Shown here: positions 40,216 to 50,167 of the stretch, in pieces | How positions within the stretch are numbered: position 1 is the stretch's first letter | Layout: every line of letters starts with the position of its first letter | Virus record (IMG/VR): IMGVR_UViG_3300027819_000009 | Location: 10,658-74,657 of that record | Source: a virus | Taxonomy: Duplodnaviria; Caudoviricetes | Reading direction: 5' to 3' (one strand) | Length of the DNA: 64,000 nt | Made by a program: the position numbers and the translations under genes | Notes under the pieces: generated by a model | Databases searched by the model: none | What the model was told of the DNA's origin: nothing | What the model saw: the letters and a program-made list of their open reading frames with translations, nothing else

Positions 40216-40955
40216 TGGCAGACATTAAATATATAATTCCTTTTACTTATAAGTGGGAGGGCGGTTTAAGTAGAGCAACAACAGACTCGGCTTCGAAAAA
40301 CCCTGCCAATATAAGTCCATACACTATTAATGGTCAAACTGGCTGGCATACAAATAAGGGAATTACTTATTCGGTATTTAAAGCCGGAGCATCTAAGTAT
40401 GGGTATCAAGATACTTTAAATAATTGGAAAGATATGCCACACGATATTTGGTTAAAAATAACTAAGAGTGGGTATTGGGATAGATTAAAACTTGACACCT
40501 ATAATAGCCAGCCCGTAGCAAATGTAATGTTTTCATGGGTTTGGGGATCTGGATTAGCATGGCAACCAAGAATGGAGAGATATTTAAAAACGAAAGGTAT
40601 TAATTGGGCTCGTAATAATTTTGGAGACTTGGCTACAAATTTAAATGGCCTAGTTACAAAAGATGGGGAGAAAAAAATATTTGATGAGTTGGTTGAGCAG
40701 AAAAAACAGTTTTTACTATCCTTAAAGGGAACAGACTCTAATCCAGTAACTGATGCAAAGCCTCAAGGGGTTTATACAGATGGGTGGATGAATAGACTTA
40801 GGGATTTACAGACGTATAGTTATACTCTGCTTAGTAAAACGATTACGGATATAGGCGAGGGTTTAAAGAACAACAGTGGAAAGATAATAGTGTTTTTTTT
40901 TGCTTTCTCGATTATAGCGGGGGGAATAGTTTTATATAATAATGCGAAAAGTTAA
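40215..40955 (+). CDS. GH108-family lysozyme with C-terminal TM anchor
   Basis: WEGGLS...TNKGIT catalytic motif, GWMNRL C-terminal motif, IIVFFFAFSIIAGGIVLY anchor. Confidence 0.8.
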   Translation: MADIKYIIPFTYKWEGGLSRATTDSASKNPANISPYTINGQTGWHTNKGITYSVFKAGASKYGYQDTLNNWKDMPHDIWLKITKSGYWDRLKLDTYNSQPVANVMFSWVWGSGLAWQPRMERYLKTKGINWARNNFGDLATNLNGLVTKDGEKKIFDELVEQKKQFLLSLKGTDSNPVTDAKPQGVYTDGWMNRLRDLQTYSYTLLSKTITDIGEGLKNNSGKIIVFFFAFSIIAGGIVLYNNAKS

Positions 40956-40960
40956 ATAAA

Positions 40961-41698
40961 ATGGCAGAATCAAATAATAACAGACAGTACTTTAACAGCG
41001 AGGCTTCGAAAAATCGGGATACTTGGAAGTATGCTGATGCCGGTACTGAGCGAACTCTAAGGATTGGTAATGTAAGGACAAACCTATATGCCACAGGAAA
41101 GTTTGATGATGTGCTACGTGCTGAAAAATGGCATAATGCAGATAGCGAGTCGGAAAACGAAGATTCAGTTGAGTATGAAAACGAACTTCCCGAAGAGGAA
41201 TTTACAGAGGAGGAACTTCCGAAATTTCGTCATTTAGTTCGTGCAAAGAAATTAGAATATAAGGCGCAATACGGAAAGGCTCATTTACAAACAAAAACGG
41301 CTTATAAGAAAGTTTGTTTAGGCGGATGGGTAGATATTAAGGGAGACGGTAAGGGGCCTATATGGAAATCGGATATTAATTGCACGAATATTCCTTATCC
41401 ACAAATCACATGGGTTTGGGGATGGAGAAAAAAGTGGAGAGAGTTTAAACAGGCTGGTGGATTAGCACAGTTAAAAATGCAATCTAAAGGAACGGCACCA
41501 ATACCAGGATACGTGCCTGATGCTAATGCGGGAAATGGAAGTGGAACTGGGACTGGCACAGGAACAGGAAACAAGCCACCAAAACCAGATATTACGCTTG
41601 ATTTACCTGAAAAACAAGAGGCATCAATGGTTACTAATGTAGTTGGTGGCATTTTAGTTGTTGGGCTTTTAATTGGAATATTTAAAACTTTAAAATAG
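40961..41698 (+). CDS. Putative virion membrane protein with capsid-like leader, C-terminal TM
   Basis: YFNSEASKNRDTWKYADAG leader; GT repeat linker; C-terminal TM. Confidence 0.6.
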   Translation: MAESNNNRQYFNSEASKNRDTWKYADAGTERTLRIGNVRTNLYATGKFDDVLRAEKWHNADSESENEDSVEYENELPEEEFTEEELPKFRHLVRAKKLEYKAQYGKAHLQTKTAYKKVCLGGWVDIKGDGKGPIWKSDINCTNIPYPQITWVWGWRKKWREFKQAGGLAQLKMQSKGTAPIPGYVPDANAGNGSGTGTGTGTGNKPPKPDITLDLPEKQEASMVTNVVGGILVVGLLIGIFKTLK

Positions 41699-41704
41699 AA
41701 AAAA

Positions 41705-42271
41705 ATGGTAAACAAATTCAGTATATTAAAATTTGATGATGCCGTAGTGGCATCGTATCATTCGGCAGATGGGCCAGTCCCAGAGGAATTTAATTTATCA
41801 AAATACAATGGCGTGTTAGGTCAAGGATACACAGACTCTAATCTTGTGTTTTTAATTGATAATACTTACTTGCCAGAAGTAAACGGGTTAATACAACAGT
41901 ATAAAGAGAAGAAGATGGTATTGGGCTCTAGTCCACAAAATAGCTTTTTAAAACAACAATATGCTGATTATATAGCAACTATGTCGCAGGTTAAGAGTGA
42001 GTTGACTATTATAAGAAATGCTGCAAAAGGTAGGATTCAATATGCTGTTGATCACCCACAGTCTGTTATTGGAGAGGGGACAGATCTTGGGCAGGTAAAT
42101 CTTAATTTTGGTAGCCCCAAAACAGATGGTGGTAAGGGAAGGAATGTTGGCGAGACGGTTAATGTTGATTTAAATTTACCAAAAACACAAAAAGCATCGC
42201 TTACAGGGAATATAATCGGAACAGTCCTTATTTTAGGATTAGTTTTCGGAGCAATAAAATTTATGAAATAA
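41705..42271 (+). CDS. Putative virion membrane protein, C-terminal TM
   Basis: YHSADGP; LNLPKTQKASLTGNIIG resembles LDLPEKQEASMVTNVVG of the upstream gene. Confidence 0.6.
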   Translation: MVNKFSILKFDDAVVASYHSADGPVPEEFNLSKYNGVLGQGYTDSNLVFLIDNTYLPEVNGLIQQYKEKKMVLGSSPQNSFLKQQYADYIATMSQVKSELTIIRNAAKGRIQYAVDHPQSVIGEGTDLGQVNLNFGSPKTDGGKGRNVGETVNVDLNLPKTQKASLTGNIIGTVLILGLVFGAIKFMK

Positions 42272-42278
42272 AAACATT

Positions 42279-42683
42279 ATGCCAGGAACATTAGAAAATC
42301 CATCAGGAAACACAGGAAGGGGATCTGCTCCAACATCTGAACAGTATGCTCAGTGGGCGCAACAGTCTGCTGCTCTTGCGGCTCAAATCGCAGAGGCTAA
42401 AAATAAGAGAGATGCTTTAATGGCTCAGACGGGATGTAAAAAGCCGTTAATAATGGCTGGTAAAAAGAAAAAAGCGTATTTGGCATGTTTGGAGAATTAC
42501 AAAGCAAAAGTTGAGGCAGCAAAACAAGCGGATAGAGATTTGGTTCGTATGCAACTGGAAATGAGAAGGCTTGATGCTCTGCAAAATAAAGGCTTAAGTA
42601 CCGGCGCATGGATAGCGATATCGGTTGGTGCAGCATTGTTAATTACCGGAGTTGTGGTATTGGTAGTAAAATTAAAAAAATAA
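42279..42683 (+). CDS. Coiled-coil protein, C-terminal TM
   Basis: AWIAISVGAALLITGVVVLVV. Confidence 0.6.
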   Translation: MPGTLENPSGNTGRGSAPTSEQYAQWAQQSAALAAQIAEAKNKRDALMAQTGCKKPLIMAGKKKKAYLACLENYKAKVEAAKQADRDLVRMQLEMRRLDALQNKGLSTGAWIAISVGAALLITGVVVLVVKLKK

Positions 42684-42687
42684 AATT

Positions 42688-43869
42688 ATGACAACAGAAG
42701 AACGCAGAATTAAAATACTTGAAAAGCGACTAAGGCTTTTAGGTGAGTATCTTGAGAGATTCTCTGATGGCGATGGGCCATCATTTGCCGAGTTTGCAAA
42801 ATCGAAAGATATTACTTATGAGATGTTTGTTAAAGACTTGCCTCCTGGATTTGAGAATGTTCCGGCGAGTGGATACGATAATGTTTTAGAATATGCCCTA
42901 CAGCTAAATGAGCTTCTTAACGGACAGCGTAACCTTTCCGAAATGGAGGAGATAGCGGCTGATGGAAACAACCTTGAAAGAGGAGTAACTGACTATTATG
43001 GGCAGTATATCAGAGAGGATTGCGGATGTGGTGGTGGTAGTGAAGATGATAATAGTGCTAGTGCTGACGGGGATGAATTTTCGGCAGCAGGATGTGGTTT
43101 GCCTCCAGTTCCGCCTCCGTTTCCAAATCCTAAAAAGACAAATAATGCCATTACTAGAGCGGCGAGAAAATCATGGGATAAGTATAAAGAAAAACATGCT
43201 AAATACAGAAGGTGTGTGAACGCTCAAAAAGAAAAGAGAAAAGGATATTCTCTTAACGATAAGGCATCTCACGCTCTGCATCTTTCAAATCCATCAGAGG
43301 CTATCGGACGGGTGGCGTTTTTAAAACTAATAGCATTAAATATTTTTGGATTAGCTCAGACTTATGAAAGAATGAGAAGTCATCCGAATCAAACCCATTG
43401 GGACAGAATGAAAAAATTATGGTACAGGCTCGGTGGATCGGAGGTAAAATTAGATAAAAACATAAGCATTGGAAGAGGAAAAAAGCCTATATTTAGACCG
43501 AAAGGATGGAAACCAAAACCATTAAATGCGGATGGGGGGATTTACTCGGCGGATGGTGGTGTTTGGCATAATGCTTACGATGGGATTGCTATCGGTGGAA
43601 TGATTACTGCGGCCACTGGATTGATTGGATCTGTTGCTCCGATTATAAAATCCTTCAAAAAGGATAACGCAGAGCCCGATGCCGACACTTATGACCCTTT
43701 AAATCCAGACATGAGGCTTCCTGAAGACACCGAACTCCCAGATGATACCGGAGTTGATGGAGATGGGCTAACCACTAATCAATGGATTGGAATATCGGCA
43801 GGGGTAGCTGTGGTTCTTGGGGTTATTATATTTGCAGGATATAAAATGAGTAAAGAAATAATAAATTAA
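42688..43869 (+). CDS. Large putative virion membrane protein with multiple ADG motifs
   Basis: AADGN, SADGD, NADGG, SADGG, NAYDG; C-terminal TM. Confidence 0.65.
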   Translation: MTTEERRIKILEKRLRLLGEYLERFSDGDGPSFAEFAKSKDITYEMFVKDLPPGFENVPASGYDNVLEYALQLNELLNGQRNLSEMEEIAADGNNLERGVTDYYGQYIREDCGCGGGSEDDNSASADGDEFSAAGCGLPPVPPPFPNPKKTNNAITRAARKSWDKYKEKHAKYRRCVNAQKEKRKGYSLNDKASHALHLSNPSEAIGRVAFLKLIALNIFGLAQTYERMRSHPNQTHWDRMKKLWYRLGGSEVKLDKNISIGRGKKPIFRPKGWKPKPLNADGGIYSADGGVWHNAYDGIAIGGMITAATGLIGSVAPIIKSFKKDNAEPDADTYDPLNPDMRLPEDTELPDDTGVDGDGLTTNQWIGISAGVAVVLGVIIFAGYKMSKEIIN

Positions 43870-44234
43870 ACATCAATAAATAAAGGTAATTATATATTTA
43901 TTGATACAAAAAAATGAGAAAGCTAATTAGAAATATAAAATATGGGTTAGATTTCCGTAAAACAGCTAATAACTTGCGGAAAATAATCGAAGCCACTTTT
44001 ATTACAGAATTTAAAATTACTAATCCTAAAATAAAGGTTAATTTTCGGTTTGGGTACGCACAATATTTTTATAGACCATCTGTGTGGTTTGGAACAAGGC
44101 AAATTGGTATTATAAGGGAAGATTACCAAGATTCTGGGTGGGTTTCTTCATTTTATACAATAAAACAGTATTTAGAACTGAAGAAAAAATTAGTATCAAC
44201 AAATATATAGTTACCTAAATAAAAAACAAATAAT

Positions 44235-44585
44235 ATGGAAAAAGGAATGAAAATAGGGTTAGGGATTGGTGGAGCCGCCCTTGCTATCGCTGTAATTTAC
44301 TTTGGTTTTACAGAAAAGGGTAAACAACAATGGTCTGTAATGTTTGACCCAACAAAAGGAGGTACAAATGTTCCGCCAAGAACAGGAACAGCCGAAGATG
44401 GGGGCAAGAGCAGAGATGTTGGTGCGGATGGGTTAAATACACGCATAAGAAAAGGATCAGGTTCTGTCGGTTCTGGAAAGTGGATTATTAAAGGTGATAT
44501 GATAGGAAAATCATGTCCGTCTGGTCAATATCCAATATATCTAGAGGGAGAGAAAAAATGGGTTTGTGCCATATCTGATAGATAA
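44235..44585 (+). CDS. N-terminal TM protein with C-terminal cysteine pair
   Basis: IGLGIGGAALAIAVIYFGF; CPSGQY...WVC. Confidence 0.55.
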   Translation: MEKGMKIGLGIGGAALAIAVIYFGFTEKGKQQWSVMFDPTKGGTNVPPRTGTAEDGGKSRDVGADGLNTRIRKGSGSVGSGKWIIKGDMIGKSCPSGQYPIYLEGEKKWVCAISDR

Positions 44586-44649
44586 TTTATAATCTTTTAT
44601 AATAAAGTTGTATTTTTGAGGCTTTAAACCTATTAATACAATCTCTATC

Positions 44650-45381
44650 ATGGCGGAAGTAAAAAACAATGTCTTTGCTGATAAACTAGCGGGGCTTAAA
44701 TTAGATTATGAAGATTATGGGCGTTTACCGATGCGAATGGATGTCCAAGCTCTTGTTGCACCAGATGGTAAAAACACAGCAGATGTTGTTTCGCAATTTG
44801 ATAAACTTCAGTACATAAGAGAGCATTTAAAAAAGATTGATGATTACATTAAGGCAAAAACGAATGTTCCTATTAATGAGTGGAGTGCAAAGAATAACAA
44901 AAATCTAAGCACTAAAGTTCTTTCAAAGCTAAAAGGTCATACTAACGAAACTGGAGGTATTTCAAAATACTTTCATGATTTACAAACTATTTATGACTCC
45001 GAAGAGGCTCTTTATGATAAAATGGAGGCCGACTGCAAATCGGACGAGGCATCAAATAAGATGTTTTACGGAATGCGGGCGGATAGGGATGAGAAGAGAA
45101 AAACAAGATCCGCAGAGAGAAAACTTTTAGTAAAGGATTTAAAGAAAGACGGGAAGGGATTCTTGTTTGTTGAAGTTGAGGAAGCGCCGGTTGCGAAAGA
45201 GGAAGTGAAAAAAGAAGAGAAGGAAAATGAACATGCTGCCGATGGGGATTCGAAGGAGAAAATTGAAAAGGAAGTTGATAAGATACAAAAGACCACAAAG
45301 AACGTGGGGATTTACATTGCCGGCTTTACAATACTGCTTACTGCGGTTATAGTTGTAGCCTCGGCAACAAAAGAAAAATAA
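44650..45381 (+). CDS. Charged protein with C-terminal TM
   Basis: HAADGD motif; IYIAGFTILLTAVIVVA; TATTTTTG promoter-like element at 44611-44618. Confidence 0.6.
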   Translation: MAEVKNNVFADKLAGLKLDYEDYGRLPMRMDVQALVAPDGKNTADVVSQFDKLQYIREHLKKIDDYIKAKTNVPINEWSAKNNKNLSTKVLSKLKGHTNETGGISKYFHDLQTIYDSEEALYDKMEADCKSDEASNKMFYGMRADRDEKRKTRSAERKLLVKDLKKDGKGFLFVEVEEAPVAKEEVKKEEKENEHAADGDSKEKIEKEVDKIQKTTKNVGIYIAGFTILLTAVIVVASATKEK

Positions 45382-45382
45382 A

Positions 45383-45922
45383 ATGAGCAGAGTTTGGAGA
45401 AATATAGCGGCTGTAGGTGTGGCAATAGTAGTGCCACTTGGCTTCTATGCATACTTTTCAGTTAAACTTCTAACTCAAATCGCTGTTAGTGTTTTTAGTA
45501 TAAAAATTAAAAGTGTAGGGGCGGGATTTATTGATTTAGTGCTTACTCTTCGAGTTGAGAATCCCGCAAATGTAGGGGTTTCTATTGAGGGGTATGATAT
45601 GAAAATAAAGATTAACGGGGCAGATGTGGCTGATATAAAAAACACAACTAGTAAAAAACTCGAATCGAAGGCCGTATCTTACCTTGATATTCCGATTACA
45701 ATAAAATATCCAGAGTTTGCTAGTAAGGTAAAATTTAATGAAATACTTCAGTACTTATTACTGAGTAAATTTGAGAAAATTTCGTTAACTTTGGATGGCG
45801 CCATTTTAGGATCCGTTGCTAAAGTTCCGGTTGCTACAAGTATAAAGGCTACTCTTACAATGCGGGACATAATGGATAAGAAGGATCCGAAATTTGATAT
45901 TGGTAAAATAAAGTTTTTTTAA
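45383..45922 (+). CDS. LEA_2 (LEA14/WHy)-like membrane-anchored protein
   Basis: N-terminal TM; LTLRVENPANVGVSIEGYDMKIKING. Confidence 0.75.
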   Translation: MSRVWRNIAAVGVAIVVPLGFYAYFSVKLLTQIAVSVFSIKIKSVGAGFIDLVLTLRVENPANVGVSIEGYDMKIKINGADVADIKNTTSKKLESKAVSYLDIPITIKYPEFASKVKFNEILQYLLLSKFEKISLTLDGAILGSVAKVPVATSIKATLTMRDIMDKKDPKFDIGKIKFF

Positions 45923-46341
45923 TTATGGGATTTATAGACAACAAAGTAAAAAAGACATTTGAAAAGATTTTTAAAGGCGTTGCAAAAGAAATCAACTGCG
46001 ATGTATCTGAGGTAAAAATTGGAATCGTTTATAAAGACGGTCAGATTGTTTACGAGGCTTATAGGGGGAATGAAAAAGAAAAGGACATTAAACTATCTGA
46101 CTATTTAAATATGTTTGACTCTGCTCCACATGTAATTGAGGCAACAATAGGACAAGCGAGCGGAAGATATGCCTCAGAGGTTGCTACAAAGTTAAACAAG
46201 GAAGTGCATCCGAATGATGTAAGTATAATTTTTAAAGATGTCCCAGGAGAAATTCCACGTGCTGTTTTAATGGCATTCGGACAAAAACAAAGAGAAATTG
46301 ATGTAAAAACAGAATTTTCACAAAGTTAAAAAAATAAAAAG

Positions 46342-46704
46342 ATGCCGAGTCAGATACCTATTATATTTTTCAACAGGGAGGTTACCAACACCCTTGTTTT
46401 AGTTGCTTCAGGAAGGGTTACTCTTGTTGGATGGTTGCTATCGAATCATAGCACTGCCGCTTATTTAAAACTTTATAATGCAGCAGCAATAACAGATGTT
46501 GCGCTGGCATCAACTGTTCCTAATAAAATTCTACCAATACCAACAGGGCCTGGAGGATTATTTTTTCTTAGTAATGAGGATAAGTTTCAACAGAATTTTA
46601 ATTTAGGTTTGGTTATAGCTGTTGTTTCTACACTAACCGAATCTGCAACGGCACCGGCACAAGCATGTAGCGTGGAGTTGTCTTACGATAATATTAGTCA
46701 ATAG
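46342..46704 (+). CDS. Small beta-rich structural protein (vertex/spike-base candidate)
   Basis: AYLKLYNAAA...GLVIAV beta pattern; lies directly before the spike-like genes. Confidence 0.4.
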   Translation: MPSQIPIIFFNREVTNTLVLVASGRVTLVGWLLSNHSTAAYLKLYNAAAITDVALASTVPNKILPIPTGPGGLFFLSNEDKFQQNFNLGLVIAVVSTLTESATAPAQACSVELSYDNISQ

Positions 46705-46710
46705 AAAGAT

Positions 46711-47997
46711 ATGGGATCATTCGCAACTAGCAACCCCACAGGGGGATCAGATATAACAGGAAGCGGAACGGCCAATCAAGTTGCTGTTTTTGCATCGGCA
46801 TCATCTATAGGAAATCCTACTATTTCATTTACGTCTAGTGCAACTGGCTTTACTATAGGCTCGCTTACGGCAGAGCCGGCTGGAATACTTACACTTACAT
46901 CTATTACACAGGGGTTTATTCCTCCAAGACTTACGTCAGCACAAAGAAATGCAATGCCGGCGGTTCTAGTTGGGATGTCTATATTTAACACAACAAGAGA
47001 TACAATTGATATTTATACAGAAGGTGGCGGGGTTCCAGCTTGGGCATCACTGATTACATCTACGATGTATCCAACGGCGTTTACTGTTGGTGCGCTTTTA
47101 ATGGCCAATACAACAACCACTATCACCACATTATCTGCTGGGGCGGGAGTCGGTTCGTATTTAAGGTCGGCTGGAGCGGCAACAGAGTTGGTGTGGAGCG
47201 TTTTAACACTTCCTAACGCCGCTACCGTAGGAGATATTTTTTACTCAGATACGACTAATGTAATGGGTAGGCTTGCCTCTGGGGCAACGGCTGGAATGTT
47301 TTTAAGAAACGTAGGGGCATCAACGGCTCCGGTATGGAGTACGCTTATACTTCCGAATGCTGCAACAGCTAATCAAATAGTTTATGCTTCAGCCACCAAC
47401 ACATACGGAGGCACAACAACGTTTTTATTTAACGGCACATCGTTTTTAGTAGGTACAGCGACTCAAATAGGCGCAGGAAATATTTGTGACTTTTTTAGAA
47501 ATCAGAATGGCGCAACGTCTGTGTGGACTACTAATAATACATCGGGAACTGCCGCTTTTGCTATGAATGCAGTAACGGCGGATAATGGGACAACCAATAC
47601 AAGTATGCGCTCATTAAGCGCAGGTTATACTACGTCAGGAATGCTTGTGGCTAGTACTGGTGTTGTATTAACAACCTGTACTGCCGGAATGAACCTTGGT
47701 ACTTTTTCTAACACACAATTGTCTTTTTGGACAAATAATACACAACAATGGAGCATAACATCCGGCGGCATATTAACGGCTGTGGATGCTAAAGATATAG
47801 CGTTTGGAACCACAACAGGAACAAAAATAGGCACAGCGACATCGCAAAAATTAGCTTTTTATAACGCCACGCCTATTGTTCAGGGGGCAAGCATAGCGGA
47901 TGCTTCTGGTGGGGCAATTATAGATGCCGAGGCAAGGACGGCTATAAACGCTCTTATATCAAGAATCGAGGCAACTGGACTTATAGCAACGGTTTAA
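46711..47997 (+). CDS. Fibre/spike-like protein with internal repeats
   Basis: T/G/A-rich; GFIPPRLTSAQR; two repeats LR..GA....VWS.L.LPNAAT; KLAFYNATPIVQ. Confidence 0.65.
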   Translation: MGSFATSNPTGGSDITGSGTANQVAVFASASSIGNPTISFTSSATGFTIGSLTAEPAGILTLTSITQGFIPPRLTSAQRNAMPAVLVGMSIFNTTRDTIDIYTEGGGVPAWASLITSTMYPTAFTVGALLMANTTTTITTLSAGAGVGSYLRSAGAATELVWSVLTLPNAATVGDIFYSDTTNVMGRLASGATAGMFLRNVGASTAPVWSTLILPNAATANQIVYASATNTYGGTTTFLFNGTSFLVGTATQIGAGNICDFFRNQNGATSVWTTNNTSGTAAFAMNAVTADNGTTNTSMRSLSAGYTTSGMLVASTGVVLTTCTAGMNLGTFSNTQLSFWTNNTQQWSITSGGILTAVDAKDIAFGTTTGTKIGTATSQKLAFYNATPIVQGASIADASGGAIIDAEARTAINALISRIEATGLIATV

Positions 47998-48023
47998 AAA
48001 TAATAAAATGTGCAAAACTAATT

Positions 48024-49232
48024 ATGGCAATAGGATTTATAAGATCTACACCCGTTAATATTCCATTGCCTATTGGTAATCTAATTAATGATTCATTTTC
48101 TGGCGCAGCATTAAGCTCCAACTGGACAGCAACAAATCCAAATACTACAATTACAGTTAGTGGGGGGGATTTGCTTTTAAATAGGTCGGTTGGAGGCGGA
48201 TATCAGCTTAATAGCGATTACTTATTATACACTGGATATGGTGGGACTTGTCTTGAGGATTGGACAATTACAGTTCCTTTTAAAATAACAGAAACAAGCG
48301 CAACGAGTACCGGCTTTGCTATTGGTGTTAAGTCGACTGCAAATTGGTATTCTAACTATTGGTATCTAGTTCAGTTTAACACAAATAGTGGCGCTGGAAA
48401 TAAAAAGCTGTATTTTTATATGGCTGGCGCAACAACCGCCACTACAATATCCTCAACGGCACTAACGGCAGCACTAAATGATGAGTGTACTCTTACTGTT
48501 ACTAGGTCGGCAGATACCACAAATGGACAAAAAATAACAGCTACAGTTACAAATTTAACTAATCCCAACAGCGTAAGCCACTCCTATACATTTACAGAGG
48601 CGTATCAGATTACTGTCGGATCGCCACCCACATGCTACTTCGCTATTTTCCCATTCGTTGGGCAAATAACGCTTCACTCCTTTACAGTTAGCACAGCTTA
48701 TTATAAAAACTGCAATATAATTACAAGGGGAGATAGTATAACTAGGGGTGTTTATGCTTTATCCTACACGAACAGATGGACTACTTTATTCTTTGGAAGC
48801 TCTCTTAAAAAAAACTATTCGTGTGGTGGCCCAGGAGACAGAACAACATCTGTACTGGACAATATACCGGAATTGCTTTTATTTAAGCCTAAGTTTGTTG
48901 TTTTAATGATTGGAGGGAACGACCTAGCTGGCGGCGTGGCAATAGGCACAGTGCAGACCAATTACCAAAGTATAGTAACTCAGCTTATAGCCGGCGGTAT
49001 CACAGTGTGGCATTGTATGACTCCGCCGAGAAATGGTTATGATTATACAACGTGGAACAGCTGGTTAAGCTCAACTTATTTAAATGTAGTCAACACATTT
49101 ACTAATTTAAAAGCTGCTGTTGGAACTGGATTAAATGCCGCATACAATAGCGGAGATGGAACACATGAAAACACAGCTGGCCACGCATTAATAGCATCCG
49201 ACTGCACATCATCTATAGGAAGTTTAGTATAA
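48024..49232 (+). CDS. Beta-domain plus SGNH/GDSL hydrolase (candidate receptor-modifying spike)
   Basis: GDSIT (block I), GPGDRT (II), IGGND (III), DGTHEN (V). Confidence 0.85.
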   Translation: MAIGFIRSTPVNIPLPIGNLINDSFSGAALSSNWTATNPNTTITVSGGDLLLNRSVGGGYQLNSDYLLYTGYGGTCLEDWTITVPFKITETSATSTGFAIGVKSTANWYSNYWYLVQFNTNSGAGNKKLYFYMAGATTATTISSTALTAALNDECTLTVTRSADTTNGQKITATVTNLTNPNSVSHSYTFTEAYQITVGSPPTCYFAIFPFVGQITLHSFTVSTAYYKNCNIITRGDSITRGVYALSYTNRWTTLFFGSSLKKNYSCGGPGDRTTSVLDNIPELLLFKPKFVVLMIGGNDLAGGVAIGTVQTNYQSIVTQLIAGGITVWHCMTPPRNGYDYTTWNSWLSSTYLNVVNTFTNLKAAVGTGLNAAYNSGDGTHENTAGHALIASDCTSSIGSLV

Positions 49233-49244
49233 AATAAATAAATT

Positions 49245-49655
49245 ATGAGAAGAACTCGGCAAGGATTTGATACAGCGTTAAGAAACTCGACAAGGGGAGA
49301 TGTTGAGGATTTAGCAGATAGTTTTTATAACTTACTCTCTGATGGGGCGGTTCAGCCACTTACAGACGGAGCAACTATATCTTGGGACACAGAATCTGGC
49401 ATGAATGCCTCAGTGACATTAACTGGAAACAGAGTATTATCAATACTAAACCCATTAGCTGGTTGTTTTTATACAATACGAGTTTCGCAAGATTCAACCG
49501 GATCAAGAACACTCTCGCTCCCATCGCCAAGCAAGGTTGTTAATGGTGGGGCTGGGGCAGTAACCCTTACCCCAACAGCCAATGCAATAGATATACTAAC
49601 CGCATATTATGATGGGACTACGTATTATTGGACTTATGTATTAAACTTTACTTAA
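49245..49655 (+). CDS. Phage fibre-associated beta-sandwich protein
   Basis: VTLTGNRVL...IRVSQDSTGSRTL...NAIDILTAYYDG motif common in fibre proteins. Confidence 0.6.
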   Translation: MRRTRQGFDTALRNSTRGDVEDLADSFYNLLSDGAVQPLTDGATISWDTESGMNASVTLTGNRVLSILNPLAGCFYTIRVSQDSTGSRTLSLPSPSKVVNGGAGAVTLTPTANAIDILTAYYDGTTYYWTYVLNFT

Positions 49656-49692
49656 AAAATTATTTATATATTTGTATAAATAGATTGAATCT

Positions 49693-50160
49693 ATGAAAAA
49701 GAAAATTACCTATAAAAAACTTCAAGAATTTGATAAAATGGCAACAAACTACCTAGTTAAAAACGGGTACTTTACTCCAGCTGTTTTTAAAGATGGCCAC
49801 CCTGTATCTGCCGGCGAATTTACAAACAAAGAGCAGACGAAACTTGTGGCTAATATGAAAAACATAGTTAAGCAAGGGAAAAAAGCATTCGAGGAGTTTA
49901 CAGAATTACAAAACAATATATACATCGATAATTGTGCTGTAGATGAAAAAACGAAGGTTATGATTTTAGATGCGAAAGGCGGATACCAGTTTACTCCTGA
50001 AAAACAAAAAGAGGTAAATAAAAAAATCAAAGAGCTTGTTATTTCTGAAATTGAAATACACGCAAGAATTACAGAAGGAGAGTGGGGATTAACGGACGAG
50101 GAGAAAGAGGCATTTAACGGAATAATTATACCGGAATTTAAAACAGAAGAAACTGAATAG
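49693..50160 (+). CDS. Hypothetical protein (possible fibre chaperone)
   Basis: Helical and acidic; own TATATTTG element upstream. Confidence 0.45.
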   Translation: MKKKITYKKLQEFDKMATNYLVKNGYFTPAVFKDGHPVSAGEFTNKEQTKLVANMKNIVKQGKKAFEEFTELQNNIYIDNCAVDEKTKVMILDAKGGYQFTPEKQKEVNKKIKELVISEIEIHARITEGEWGLTDEEKEAFNGIIIPEFKTEETE

Positions 50161-50167
50161 AACTCTT

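Noticed and set aside
46711-49655. Tail-fibre-like motifs as evidence of a tailed phage
   Set aside because: Such domains are shared with vertex spikes; no tail tube, sheath, tape measure or baseplate genes accompany them.
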